A stretch of 64,000 nt of DNA from Candidatus Kapaibacterium sp. (GTDB taxonomy: Bacteria; Bacteroidota; Ignavibacteria; Kapaibacteriales; UBA2268): positions 39,580 through 103,579 of the forward strand of contig JBBRAO010000004.1 in NCBI GenBank assembly GCA_038206725.1, read 5' to 3'. The notes beneath the pieces are model-generated. The model was not told the DNA's origin, did no database searches, and was given only the letters and a program-made list of their open reading frames with translations. Below, one piece after another: positions 28,286-38,862 of the stretch. How positions within the stretch are numbered: the first letter of the stretch is position 1; every line of letters begins with the position of its first letter. Made by a program: the position numbers and the translations under genes.

Positions 28286-29803
28286 ATGAATCCATTATTA
28301 ATAACTCTTCTTATTCCGATATTAGGTGCAACATTTATTCAATTGTTACCTAGAGATAAACCGAAAATAATTCACAGATCAGCCTTGATTTTTTCAGTAA
28401 CTGCATTTTTAATTTCGCTTGTTTTATTGTTTGGGTTTAAAACAAATATTGAACAATATCAATACTACGCATACTATCCCTGGATTAGTGATCTAAATGC
28501 AGGTTTTAGAATTGGTATAGATGGTCTTTCCTTAATGTTAGTTTTGCTTACAACATTTATTATTCCGCTGGCGATATGGATTTCTTCAGATTCGATTAAG
28601 GTAAATATAAGGCAATATTATAGTTTAATTCTTCTTTTGGAATTCTCTATAATTGGTGTTTTTATTTCGTTAGATTTGCTTTTATTCTATGTTTTTTGGG
28701 AATTGATTCTCATTCCAATGTATTTCATTATAGGTATTTGGGGTGGAAAGAACAAGATTTACGCAACCGTCAAATTCTTTATATATACAATGGTTGGTTC
28801 ACTCATAATGATAATCGGAATAATCTGGTTGGGTCATTATGTGGGAACTTATATCATTCATAATTCGGTGGGTTTCACTACCAGTTTGGTTGAAATTCAA
28901 CGATATGCTAATCAAATACCTATCAACATACAAAATATACTATTTTGGATGTTTGCCATATCATTTTTAATTAAAGTTCCAATTTTCCCGTTACACACTT
29001 GGTTGCCTGATGCCCATACAGAGGCTCCTACAGCCGGATCTGTAATACTAGCGGGCATCCTGTTAAAAATGGGAACTTATGGTTTGATTCGGTTTAATTT
29101 AGGAATTTTACCCCAGGCGAGTCTTGCCTTTGCACCATTCATAGTATCTCTAGGCGTTGTGGGAATCATTTATGGCGGATTGTTAGCAATGGTGCAGAAG
29201 GATATGAAGAGGCTGGTAGCCTATTCTTCTGTAGCTCATATGGGGTTTATCATAATCGGTATTTTCTCTTTTACGGTTATCGGTATGCAAGGTGCCATCA
29301 TTCAAATGATAAATCACGGCCTTTCGACAGGTATGCTTTTTATTGCGGTTGGGTTCTTGTATGACCAACGACACACACGTTTAACCGAAGATTATGGTGG
29401 TATAGCACGATTAATTCCGCGGTTTTCAGTATTTTTTGGATTGGCAGTATTTGCTTCAATCGGCTTACCGGGCTTAAACGGCTTCGTAGGAGAGTTTATG
29501 GCTTTATACGGAACATTCTCTTCCCCATTCCTGAATAATCACACATACGCAATTGTAGCGAGCTTAGGAGTTATCATAGCGGCGGTTTACTTACTTGTAA
29601 TGTATAAAAAGGCATTTTTTGGAAAAATTACTAATCCTGACAATAATATTTTAAAAGATATAAACTTGAAATATGGGATAATCTTTGTAATTATTACTTT
29701 CTTTATGTTCTGGATTGGTTTATTCCCGAGTCATTTCCTAAAATTTTCAGAAACAACAACTAACAAATACATTAACAACATTGAATTAATTATTGATAAA
29801 TAA
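28286..29803 (+). CDS. nuoM: NADH-quinone oxidoreductase subunit M
   Basis: 505 aa. HTWLPDAHTEAPTAGSVILAGILLKMGTYGLIRF. Confidence 0.75.
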   Translation: MNPLLITLLIPILGATFIQLLPRDKPKIIHRSALIFSVTAFLISLVLLFGFKTNIEQYQYYAYYPWISDLNAGFRIGIDGLSLMLVLLTTFIIPLAIWISSDSIKVNIRQYYSLILLLEFSIIGVFISLDLLLFYVFWELILIPMYFIIGIWGGKNKIYATVKFFIYTMVGSLIMIIGIIWLGHYVGTYIIHNSVGFTTSLVEIQRYANQIPINIQNILFWMFAISFLIKVPIFPLHTWLPDAHTEAPTAGSVILAGILLKMGTYGLIRFNLGILPQASLAFAPFIVSLGVVGIIYGGLLAMVQKDMKRLVAYSSVAHMGFIIIGIFSFTVIGMQGAIIQMINHGLSTGMLFIAVGFLYDQRHTRLTEDYGGIARLIPRFSVFFGLAVFASIGLPGLNGFVGEFMALYGTFSSPFLNNHTYAIVASLGVIIAAVYLLVMYKKAFFGKITNPDNNILKDINLKYGIIFVIITFFMFWIGLFPSHFLKFSETTTNKYINNIELIIDK

Positions 29804-31262
29804 TTGGATTATAAATTTTATGCTATTTACGTTTTTACCGATTTTATCGCTTACAGCTTTTATTTTAATCATAATTATTATTGAAGCTTTTGTTAAGAAT
29901 AAAGATATTGTTTATCATTCAACTTTAGTTGCATTAATATGCGTTGGATTGACAGTAATATTCAATTTTAATAAGAACACTGATTTTCTACCGGATTTTA
30001 TCTCCAAAATGCTTGTATTTGGCAATCTACCATCATTTTTCGATTTGCTTTTTATTCTTTCCGGTTTATTAATAGTCTATTTAACAAAAGGGTATTTGGC
30101 GAGATTATATTCTCATTTATCTGAATTCTATCCCCTATTGCTTACCTCAATTTTCGGAATGATGCTAATTTCACATTCAAAAAATCTATTAGTTTTGTTT
30201 ATAGGTATCGAGATAATGTCTATATGTTTTTATGCACTGTCCGGTTTTATTCGTACCGATATCAAGGCAATAGAGGCATCCATAAAGTATTTTATCATTG
30301 GTTCATTTGCAACAGGATTCTTACTATTTGGCATATCTTTTATATACGGCGCAACAGGAAGTTTGGATTATCAAGCAATTTTTCAAGGGGTTATTTATAA
30401 CCAGTTGACTAATAATCTATATCTATTAATTGGTGTTAGTTTATTAATTATTGGATTAGGGTTTAAATTAGCGGTCTTCCCTTTTCATCAATGGGCTCCG
30501 GATGTTTACACAGGTGCTCCGACAATAGTATCCGGGTTTATGTCCACTGCCGGCAAAGCCGCCGGATTTATAGCATTAATCTCCTTTGTTTCAAGAATAT
30601 TAATGAACATAGAGTACGTTCATTCCTCGATTCAAGGTAATTTAATAAATCTTCAGTATATTATTGCCGGAATAGCCGCTTTAACAATGATAATCGGTAA
30701 TATCACAGCACTAGTACAAAAGAATTTTAAGCGTATGTTGGCTTATTCATCAATAGCACACGCCGGATATATGTTGATGGGTGTGGTTGCGGCAAATTAT
30801 GCAGGAATAAAAGGAATTGCATTTTATTTGTTGGCATACACATTTATGCAGATTGGTGCTTTTGTTGTTGCGGCTTCGCTTGAAAATGATTCGTCAACGG
30901 AAGTATCATTAATACATTTCAAAGGCTTGGCGAAAAAACAACCTTTGTTAGCCGCGTTAACATCTGTTATGATGTTTTCATTAGTAGGTTTACCACCTTT
31001 TGCAGGATTCTTTGGCAAATATTTATTATTTAAATCCGCCATCGAAGGTGGATTTATGTGGCTTACAATTGTAGCTATCATAGCATCTATGATTTCCATA
31101 TATTACTATATTAGGATAATAATAGAGATGTATTTTAGCAAAGAAGAGTCAGCTATAACTGTAGTAAATTTAAATTATAATAAAGTTGTATTGATTTTTT
31201 GTACTGCGGCCATTATAATCTTAGGAATTTTTCCAAATGTAATTCTTAAATTATTCAACTAA
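29793..31262 (+). CDS. nuoN: NADH-quinone oxidoreductase subunit N
   Basis: 489 aa. FHQWAPDVYTGAPTIVSGFMSTAGKAAGF. Annotated start overlaps nuoM by 11 nt; a downstream in-frame Met may be the real start. Confidence 0.7.
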   Translation: MINNWIINFMLFTFLPILSLTAFILIIIIIEAFVKNKDIVYHSTLVALICVGLTVIFNFNKNTDFLPDFISKMLVFGNLPSFFDLLFILSGLLIVYLTKGYLARLYSHLSEFYPLLLTSIFGMMLISHSKNLLVLFIGIEIMSICFYALSGFIRTDIKAIEASIKYFIIGSFATGFLLFGISFIYGATGSLDYQAIFQGVIYNQLTNNLYLLIGVSLLIIGLGFKLAVFPFHQWAPDVYTGAPTIVSGFMSTAGKAAGFIALISFVSRILMNIEYVHSSIQGNLINLQYIIAGIAALTMIIGNITALVQKNFKRMLAYSSIAHAGYMLMGVVAANYAGIKGIAFYLLAYTFMQIGAFVVAASLENDSSTEVSLIHFKGLAKKQPLLAALTSVMMFSLVGLPPFAGFFGKYLLFKSAIEGGFMWLTIVAIIASMISIYYYIRIIIEMYFSKEESAITVVNLNYNKVVLIFCTAAIIILGIFPNVILKLFN

Positions 31263-31356
31263 TTATAATTTTTATATTATTATAATTTTTCAAATTTCTT
31301 GTTGAGTACTCAAAATATTCGTAATTTTGCAGTTGTCAAATAATAAGAAAATACCA

Positions 31357-32064
31357 ATGATTTACTATAATAGAATTTTATTAAAGCTAAGCGGCGAAGC
31401 GTTAATGGGTAAACGCGAATTCGGAATAGATACTGAAGTTTTAAAATCATACGCAGAACAAATTGCGGATATACATAAATTAGGTGTCCAAATAGGGATC
31501 GTTGTCGGTGGTGGCAATATTTTCCGTGGCGTTCAAGCCGCCACACAAGGAATCAATCGAGTATCAGGAGATAATATGGGTATGTTAGCGACTGTTATCA
31601 ATAGTATAGCTTTTCAAAACGCATTAGAAGACCTTGGTATTGATACCCGTTTGCAATCCGCAGTAAAAATGGAACAAATAGCTGAACCCTTGATCAGACG
31701 TAGGGCTATAAGACACTTAGAAAAAAATAGAATAGTTCTATTTGCCGCAGGGACAGGCTCTCCATTTTTCTCGACAGATACCGCCGCTAGTTTGAGAGCC
31801 ATAGAAATTGACGCTCAAGTGATTATCAAAGGTACAAGAGTTGATGGTATTTATGATTCGGATCCTGAAAAAGATCCTGATGCTGTGAAATTCGATTCTC
31901 TGACATATCAAGAAGTTATTGCTAAAGACTTAAGGATAATGGATCAGACCGCAATTACACTTTGTAAAGAAAATAAATTACCGATAGTAGTGTTCAATAT
32001 CAACGTAAAAAATAGTTTAAAACGCCTTATTCACGGCGAAAAAATTGGAACAATAGTTAAATAA
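31357..32064 (+). CDS. pyrH: UMP kinase
   Basis: [12 protein letters not shown]...[12 protein letters not shown]. The ORF table start 31327 adds 10 residues; ATG 31357 gives the usual length. Confidence 0.85.
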   Translation: MIYYNRILLKLSGEALMGKREFGIDTEVLKSYAEQIADIHKLGVQIGIVVGGGNIFRGVQAATQGINRVSGDNMGMLATVINSIAFQNALEDLGIDTRLQSAVKMEQIAEPLIRRRAIRHLEKNRIVLFAAGTGSPFFSTDTAASLRAIEIDAQVIIKGTRVDGIYDSDPEKDPDAVKFDSLTYQEVIAKDLRIMDQTAITLCKENKLPIVVFNINVKNSLKRLIHGEKIGTIVK

Positions 32065-32079
32065 ATAGATGAGATTATT

Positions 32080-32640
32080 ATGCCTGTAAAAGAAGTATTG
32101 CAATCAACTAAAACCACGATGACTAAATCACTTGATTATTTCAAGGTGCAATTATCGAAAGTAAGAACCGGTAGAGCATCTGGAAATTTGCTCGATGATA
32201 TATATGTAGATTACTACGGTGCTCCAACACCTTTGAGTCAAGTAGCTACAGTTTCTGTACCTGACGCACGCTCAATTATGATTCAGCCTTTTGATAGAAC
32301 TATGATTAGCGCGATTGACAGAGCTATTCAATTAGCCGGATTAGGGTTTAATCCACAGAATGATGGAACCGTAATAAGAATACCCGTTCCACCGCTGACC
32401 GAAGAAAGACGGAGAGATTTTGTTAAACAGTGTAAAAAATATGCTGAAGAATGTAAAATCGCCGTTAGAGGCGTTCGCCGAGATTCAATGGAAGTATTAA
32501 AGAAATTGGAAAAGGGCAAAGCCATAACAGAAGATGATAGAAAGCGTGGTGAAGATGAAATCCAAAAAGCGACCGATGAGTATATCAAAAAAACCGATGA
32601 TATTCTTAATGCTAAAGAAAAAGAATTAATGGATCATTAA
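32080..32640 (+). CDS. frr: ribosome recycling factor
   Basis: RTGRASGNLLDDIYVDYYGAPTPLSQVATVSVPDARSIMIQPFD. 186 aa. Confidence 0.9.
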   Translation: MPVKEVLQSTKTTMTKSLDYFKVQLSKVRTGRASGNLLDDIYVDYYGAPTPLSQVATVSVPDARSIMIQPFDRTMISAIDRAIQLAGLGFNPQNDGTVIRIPVPPLTEERRRDFVKQCKKYAEECKIAVRGVRRDSMEVLKKLEKGKAITEDDRKRGEDEIQKATDEYIKKTDDILNAKEKELMDH

Positions 32641-32659
32641 AATCAAACATCATAAAATG

Positions 32660-32691
32660 AACAAGGATTTTACAATCCTTGTTTATTTTTA
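32660..32691 (+). terminator. rho-independent terminator after frr
   Basis: AACAAGGATT-ttac-AATCCTTGTT then TATTTTT. Confidence 0.55.
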
Positions 32692-32826
32692 TATCCTTTA
32701 TAAATGATATTTGATTAATTCCCAATTCTTTTTACCAATGAAAAGTAAATATATTTTATAATTATAAAAAAAATCAGTAATTTTGATTGTGTTTCAATAA
32801 TATATTTATTAAGTAAGGATTCAGAA

Positions 32827-35800
32827 TTGAAATTAAAATTGTTTTTTCTTGTTTTGACATTTGTCATTACTTTTGGTGCCACTAAAGCACAAATCACTGT
32901 ATCTCCAAATAAATTTTCAGTTAATGATAGTATAACTATCTATTTCAATCCAACTTTAGGCAATAAAGGTCTTAGTAAAGTTAAAGACATATATATATAT
33001 AGTGGGTTGATAACTTTAAAAAGTCAAAATAAAACCGATTGGCAATATGCTCCTATGCAATGGTGCGATACTAGAGATGAATACAAGTTGACTCGTATAA
33101 GCGATACCTGCTATTATTTTGGAATTAATATTAAGAAATTTTATCATCCAAATAATGATGATTCGGTATTTAACATCGGTTTTTATTTTAGTAACTCTGA
33201 TTGTTCACTTCTTGGAATGACAGAAGAGAATGAGTATTTTCATATTGATTTAGTTCAACCGGGTTTAGATTTTAAATCTTATTATATAAAAGACAATCAA
33301 TTAGTTATTAAAACTGAGCTATTTGAATACACATTAGATATGTTTGACAACAATCGATTAAAAATCGATTTCCATAGAAATGCTATGCTTTCAGCATCGC
33401 AAAAATTAAGCGTTTTAAAAAAACTGCCTAATATCAAAGTTACAGTCACTGAATCAGATTCAAATTTGCTAATCAACAATTCAGATTTTATTACGATTAT
33501 TAATAAACAGCCTGTCAGTTTTACAATCGTTAGACATACGGATACTATTATAAAGGATTTAAAAATTAATAGTAACTTTGGATGGCATTATGAATTTGAT
33601 CCCCTAAGTAGGATTTACGGTGCCGGTTCAATTGATAGTAGCATTGATAAAAATAACCGATATATTTTTCTTTACAATTGCGCAAATTTTGGGTATCCCT
33701 CAAAACCCGTTTACACATCTTACTCTTATCCTAAAATCTCTCCTTATTCAAGTTGGAATATACCTTTTTATGTTTCTTCCGATTTGTATAGTATTTATTT
33801 TGATTCACCCGGCAATTCAAGCATTGATTTAGGTAAATATACATCCGGTGTGGCTGAATACTATAGTTATTCTATACCGCTTTCACTTTACATACAAATA
33901 GGTAATACCCTCGATGAATTAGTGACAGATTTCAACTTGCTTACTGGTCGTCCACCACTTCCGGCTTATTGGTCATTGGGTTATTTACAATCGAATTTTG
34001 CATATTGGAATGCTGATGATATTATAAGAAGGTTGCCACTTTATAAGAAAAATAGAATCCCTTGCGAAGCTTTTATGATCGATTATTCTTGGTGTGGAGG
34101 TGGCGAAAAAATTGGCGAATTTGATTGGGACTATGAAAATAACTTTAAGCATCCTGCCGAGTTTTTGGACTCTATGAAAGCATATAATATCAAATGTCTA
34201 TTGATTTCCCACTCATACTTAACTTTAGAATCTAAAAACTTTCAGAATTTTTACGACAAGAACTTATTGGCAACTACATACGAGGGCAAGCCATATATTT
34301 TAGATCAATTTCGAGCTTACGCTTTTACTTTGATAGACTTATTTAATCCAGCAGCTAAAGACGAATTTTGGGAATTATTTAAAGCCAAATATGATGAGGG
34401 GATTGCGGGTTGGTGGAATGATTTAAACGAACCGGAAATGCATCCTGAAAATCTATATCATTTTGGCGGATATAGTGCCTATGAAATCCACAACTTATAT
34501 CCTTATTTATGGTCTGAATTATTATATAATAAATTTGCTTCTTACAGACCCAATGAGCGCCTTGTGCATTTTTCGCGTGGTGGGTCAACAGGAATGCAAA
34601 AATTTGGAACTATTTGTTGGTCAGGAGATGTCAAATCATCTTATGACGGCTTGAATAGACAAATTCCTATAATGCTCGGTTTGGGTATAGCCGGTGTTTA
34701 TATGGTTGGATCTGATGTTGGTGGTTTCGATGCTATTCGCAAGAATTCTGAGTTATATACACGTTGGATACAATTCTCGTCCTTCACCCCACTTCTAAGA
34801 CCACATAGTAACGGAGTCCAACCTCCTGAACCATTTTATCACGACGAGCCATATCTCTCTATATGTAGAAGATACATCGAATTAAGATATAAACTTCTTC
34901 CGTATATTTACACATTGTGTTATGAAGCTACTTCAACAGGCCATCCGTTAGTTAGACAAATGGATTATTACGATATACAGAACAAAGATCTGCAAAATAT
35001 TAATACGCAATATTATTTTGGTAATGATTTTCTCGTAGCTCCAATTATGGATTCAATTACTAAACGCGGTGTTTTATTACCCAAAGGGACGTGGTATGAG
35101 TTTAAAAATAACAAACGCTATATAGGTGGTAAAACAATAAATGTAGATTATGATATTAATGATATGCCTATATTTGTTCGTGGTGGAGCGATTATCCCTA
35201 CAACTTATTCCGTATTTGCCACAAATCTATTCAAATACGACTATTACAAATTTATGTGTTACCCGGATTCAGCGATATCGGAATCAGAAGGAAAAATGTA
35301 TATTGACGATGGAAGAAATCCTAAGGCTCTTGAACAAAAAAACTATGAATTGATTAATGTTAAAATGAATAATCAGAGTGACAAATTGACCTTTGAATTA
35401 CAAAAAGAAGGTAATGGTTTTCAAGAATTTTCCGATGCTGTATTTGAAATGCAAGTCTTCAACATTAAGAAATTTATATCCGTATATTTAAATACTCAAT
35501 TATTAACTATATTTGACTCTTATGACAAATTTGTGAATTCCGGTTTGGGTGTATTTTATAACAACGAAGATAAAACTTTGTACATCAAGTATCCTTGGAA
35601 TCATCAGTCGGAGAATTTAATTGAGTGCATAAAATCCAATGACGTAACAGATGAAGATAAAATCAATATTTATCCAAACCCTACGAATGGCAAATTAACA
35701 ATCAACCTTTCAAAATTGGATACAAATTCGGCAAGCATAAATCTATATTCTGTAAATGGTGATAAGATTACTTCCTTGAACTCATCAGCACAAAAGAGTA

Positions 35801-35904
35801 TTGAATTGGATTTGACAAAACTTAAGTTAAGTTATGGAGTTTATTTCGTTGAAATAAAAACGCCTGAAAAAACTTTCAAATATAAAATTATTTTTGATAG
35901 ATAA
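32827..35904 (+). CDS. glycoside hydrolase family 31 (alpha-glucosidase/alpha-xylosidase-like) with T9SS C-terminal sorting domain
   Basis: Signal peptide. GWWNDLNEPE nucleophile region and VGSDVGGF acid/base region of GH31. C-terminal INIYPNPTNGKLTINLS...GVYFVEIKTPEKTFKYKIIFDR resembles a T9SS CTD. Confidence 0.7.
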   Translation: MKLKLFFLVLTFVITFGATKAQITVSPNKFSVNDSITIYFNPTLGNKGLSKVKDIYIYSGLITLKSQNKTDWQYAPMQWCDTRDEYKLTRISDTCYYFGINIKKFYHPNNDDSVFNIGFYFSNSDCSLLGMTEENEYFHIDLVQPGLDFKSYYIKDNQLVIKTELFEYTLDMFDNNRLKIDFHRNAMLSASQKLSVLKKLPNIKVTVTESDSNLLINNSDFITIINKQPVSFTIVRHTDTIIKDLKINSNFGWHYEFDPLSRIYGAGSIDSSIDKNNRYIFLYNCANFGYPSKPVYTSYSYPKISPYSSWNIPFYVSSDLYSIYFDSPGNSSIDLGKYTSGVAEYYSYSIPLSLYIQIGNTLDELVTDFNLLTGRPPLPAYWSLGYLQSNFAYWNADDIIRRLPLYKKNRIPCEAFMIDYSWCGGGEKIGEFDWDYENNFKHPAEFLDSMKAYNIKCLLISHSYLTLESKNFQNFYDKNLLATTYEGKPYILDQFRAYAFTLIDLFNPAAKDEFWELFKAKYDEGIAGWWNDLNEPEMHPENLYHFGGYSAYEIHNLYPYLWSELLYNKFASYRPNERLVHFSRGGSTGMQKFGTICWSGDVKSSYDGLNRQIPIMLGLGIAGVYMVGSDVGGFDAIRKNSELYTRWIQFSSFTPLLRPHSNGVQPPEPFYHDEPYLSICRRYIELRYKLLPYIYTLCYEATSTGHPLVRQMDYYDIQNKDLQNINTQYYFGNDFLVAPIMDSITKRGVLLPKGTWYEFKNNKRYIGGKTINVDYDINDMPIFVRGGAIIPTTYSVFATNLFKYDYYKFMCYPDSAISESEGKMYIDDGRNPKALEQKNYELINVKMNNQSDKLTFELQKEGNGFQEFSDAVFEMQVFNIKKFISVYLNTQLLTIFDSYDKFVNSGLGVFYNNEDKTLYIKYPWNHQSENLIECIKSNDVTDEDKINIYPNPTNGKLTINLSKLDTNSASINLYSVNGDKITSLNSSAQKSIELDLTKLKLSYGVYFVEIKTPEKTFKYKIIFDR

Positions 35905-35932
35905 GAAAAACAAATAGAATTTTGGTTAAGAG

Positions 35933-36664
35933 TTATTTTATGTGTGCTTTTAGTGCAACAACAGAATCAGGGTAATATGCGTTTGTAAATCTTAAAGTTA
36001 GTTTAAGATTTGAATAATTCTGTTGTTTTGGCGAGAACATAATGTATTTAACAATCTGTGACTTTGAAGGTATATCCAAAGGCAAATCGAAATCTTCTGC
36101 GAAATCAAAATCAGGATTTGAAAATTGGAACTCTTTTAATTTGATAATACGATTAGTATTATTGCATATAACCAATTTTCGGGTTGCTGTTTCCAAAATG
36201 CTTAAATTGAGAGTATCAAAATCAACATCGAAAGCGTAAGCATCGTGTACAATTGCTCTCATCAGAAGATAAGGGTAATTTTTACCATTAACAAACAAGG
36301 TATCAAAATATGCCCCACTCTCTTTAGAAGAAAATCTGATTTTAAAAGGTAAATTATCCCCTACAGTATTTATAGGCTTAAGAATACCCGGAATGAATTC
36401 CTGAACGGTAAATGCAGTCCCCCATTTGGGCAACATATTGTTAATAGATAAATCTGTTTTAAGCTTGTTAAGTAGCAATAAATCAGTACTAACAACAGAA
36501 TCCGGATAAACAGATTCATAAATGAGACTATCTTCTGAAAAGTAAAAATCCATTGGCTTATTGCCGATTTTTTCTTTATCTCGATTATCAGTTACATCCA
36601 TCGGATTTTGACATCCGGCGAATATTATTGTCGCTAATATTAATATTTTTTTTATCGTCTTCAT
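35933..36664 (-). CDS. hypothetical lipoprotein
   Basis: MKTIKKILILATIIFAGCQNP lipobox. No recognisable domain. Confidence 0.4.
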   Translation of the reverse strand: MKTIKKILILATIIFAGCQNPMDVTDNRDKEKIGNKPMDFYFSEDSLIYESVYPDSVVSTDLLLLNKLKTDLSINNMLPKWGTAFTVQEFIPGILKPINTVGDNLPFKIRFSSKESGAYFDTLFVNGKNYPYLLMRAIVHDAYAFDVDFDTLNLSILETATRKLVICNNTNRIIKLKEFQFSNPDFDFAEDFDLPLDIPSKSQIVKYIMFSPKQQNYSNLKLTLRFTNAYYPDSVVALKAHIK

Positions 36665-36727
36665 CGGTTCTTAACTTTTTTTGAATATTTTTGAATATAC
36701 TTATTTCAACAAATCAAAAATACAATA

Positions 36728-37504
36728 TTGTCTATGAAAAAAAAATTAAATATCTTAATTAGTAATGATGACGGATACAATTCAGATGGATTGTTAGAAT
36801 TATCAATAGCTCTGCAATCGTTAGGCGAAGTTACTATAGTAGCACCAAAAAACCAACAAAGCGGTGTAAGCAGTAGTCTTACTTTTATCAGTCCACTGAT
36901 GGCTTATGAAAAGGTTTTAGAAAACGGTGTCAGGTGCTTTATTATTGATGGTACTCCTGCAGACTGTATTAAATTAGCCATAGGGCAATTATTAGATAGA
37001 AAACCGGATATAGTGGTTTCCGGTATCAACCACGGTCGAAACACAGCAATCAATATTCTTTATTCCGGTACGGTAGGTGCCGCAATTGAGGGTTATCTTT
37101 TAGGTATTCCATCAATAGCTGTTTCGATAAATAATCACTTCCATTCTGAGTATCTCAAAGATGCCGCAGAATTAACCCGAGATATAATTCTTGATTATCT
37201 CCTGAATGAAGAAGTCAAGACAACTTCATTTTTTAACATTAATATACCCGATTTACCGAAAGACAAAATAAAAGGTGTCAAATTTACTCGAATTGCAAAT
37301 ACCCGTTGGGATGAACTTTATGAGAAACGTACAGCCCCTTATGGTTGGAATTATTATTGGTTTGCCGGTAAATTTGAATATAAAGAAAATGATATGGATA
37401 CAGACGATGGCGCCTTACGTAATGATTATATATCCATAACACCACTGAAAATAGATTTTTTCGATGAATCATTGTATAACTTTTATAACACGAATAGTAA
37501 ATAG
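36728..37504 (+). CDS. surE: 5'/3'-nucleotidase SurE
   Basis: ILISNDDGYNSDGL...GINHGRNTAINILYSGTVGAAIEG. Confidence 0.85.
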   Translation: MSMKKKLNILISNDDGYNSDGLLELSIALQSLGEVTIVAPKNQQSGVSSSLTFISPLMAYEKVLENGVRCFIIDGTPADCIKLAIGQLLDRKPDIVVSGINHGRNTAINILYSGTVGAAIEGYLLGIPSIAVSINNHFHSEYLKDAAELTRDIILDYLLNEEVKTTSFFNINIPDLPKDKIKGVKFTRIANTRWDELYEKRTAPYGWNYYWFAGKFEYKENDMDTDDGALRNDYISITPLKIDFFDESLYNFYNTNSK

Positions 37505-37506
37505 AA

Positions 37507-38823
37507 TTGAAGACTAAATCAAAGTGGCAAAATTATAAATCTGCTTGGTATATGTACGACTGGGCTATATCGGCGTTTTCTACATCGGTATTGACAGTTT
37601 TTTTAAACCCATATTTAACATCAATCGCGACGAAAGCCGCAGATGCAAATGGGTTTATATACTTGTTTGGACTTCCTATATTTGCCGGCTCTTTTTTTGA
37701 ATATGTAATTTCAGCATCAGTATTATTACAAATTGTTTTGCTCCCTTTGGTAGGTGCGATAACAGATTCATCGCCTTCAAAGAAGAAAATTTTACTATGT
37801 TTCTCTACCTGCGGAGCATTAGCATCAACTTTAATGTTCTTTATTAGCGATCAGGGTTATGTTTTAGGTGCTATCCTACTATTGTTATCTAATATTTGCT
37901 TTGGTTGCGCTATGGTCATTTATAATTCATTTTTAAATGATATTTCCTCCGAAAGTGATAGAGATGAAATGTCTTCAAAAGGTTTTGCTTGGGGATATAT
38001 TGGTGGTGGATTGATGCTTGCAGTGCATTTGGCTTTGCTTTTCTTTCATAAAGAAGTCGGTATAACCAATACAAATTTTGCTATTCGTATAGCGCTTTCG
38101 ACGAGCGGTTTATGGTGGTTAGGATTTGGAACTTTTGCTGTACTTCATTTCCTTAGTAAAACAGATAGGATTAAACTTAAGTTAAAAACTACAAATTATT
38201 CAGTTGTATTCAAGAACCTCAATGAAACATTTAAGAGTTTGAAATCATATCCAAACGCATTATTGTTCCTCATTGCGTATCTTTTTTATAATGACGGCAT
38301 CCAATCTGTTATAATAGTTGCAGGCAAATTAGGTAGTCAAAAATTGGGTATCTCTGTTACAACTTTAGCCCTTATTATTTTAATGGTGCAATTTATCGCT
38401 TATGTCGGTTCTATTGTTGTTTATAGAGTGGCACACAAAATCGGGTCGAAGTTAACATTAGTGTTATGCTTGCTAATTTGGATTATAACCCTTATATTTT
38501 CGTTCTTCTTCCTTAATGATATCTATAGCTTTATTGCGATGAGCATAATAATAGCATCAGTTTTAGGGGGTTCGCAGGCTTTAAGCCGCAGTATATTTTC
38601 AAAATTAATCCCACCGGATAAAACAGCGGAGTACTTTAGTTTTTATGAGCTTAGTGAACGCAGTACTAGTTGGATGGGACCTTTTGCTTTTGGTTTAGCT
38701 CTTCAAATAACACATTCTTACAATATCGCTCTATTGAGCTTGGTTTTCTTTTTCATTATCGGGACAGCTATCTTGTTACTAGTTAAAGCACCTAATACTA
38801 TAGATAAAATAATCGTCGAATAA
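37507..38823 (+). CDS. MFS transporter, UMF1/Atg22-like family
   Basis: N-terminal ...SAWYMYDWAISAFSTSV motif characteristic of the UMF1 family as I recall it. 12 TM. Confidence 0.5.
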   Translation: MKTKSKWQNYKSAWYMYDWAISAFSTSVLTVFLNPYLTSIATKAADANGFIYLFGLPIFAGSFFEYVISASVLLQIVLLPLVGAITDSSPSKKKILLCFSTCGALASTLMFFISDQGYVLGAILLLLSNICFGCAMVIYNSFLNDISSESDRDEMSSKGFAWGYIGGGLMLAVHLALLFFHKEVGITNTNFAIRIALSTSGLWWLGFGTFAVLHFLSKTDRIKLKLKTTNYSVVFKNLNETFKSLKSYPNALLFLIAYLFYNDGIQSVIIVAGKLGSQKLGISVTTLALIILMVQFIAYVGSIVVYRVAHKIGSKLTLVLCLLIWIITLIFSFFFLNDIYSFIAMSIIIASVLGGSQALSRSIFSKLIPPDKTAEYFSFYELSERSTSWMGPFAFGLALQITHSYNIALLSLVFFFIIGTAILLLVKAPNTIDKIIVE

Positions 38824-38862
38824 GGACGTTGAACTTATATTAATCAATAAAAAAGAAGTATT

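Noticed and set aside
31327-31356. Upstream extension of pyrH ([10 protein letters not shown])
   Set aside because: Canonical UMP kinase length and the N-terminus ...ILLKLSGE favour ATG 31357.
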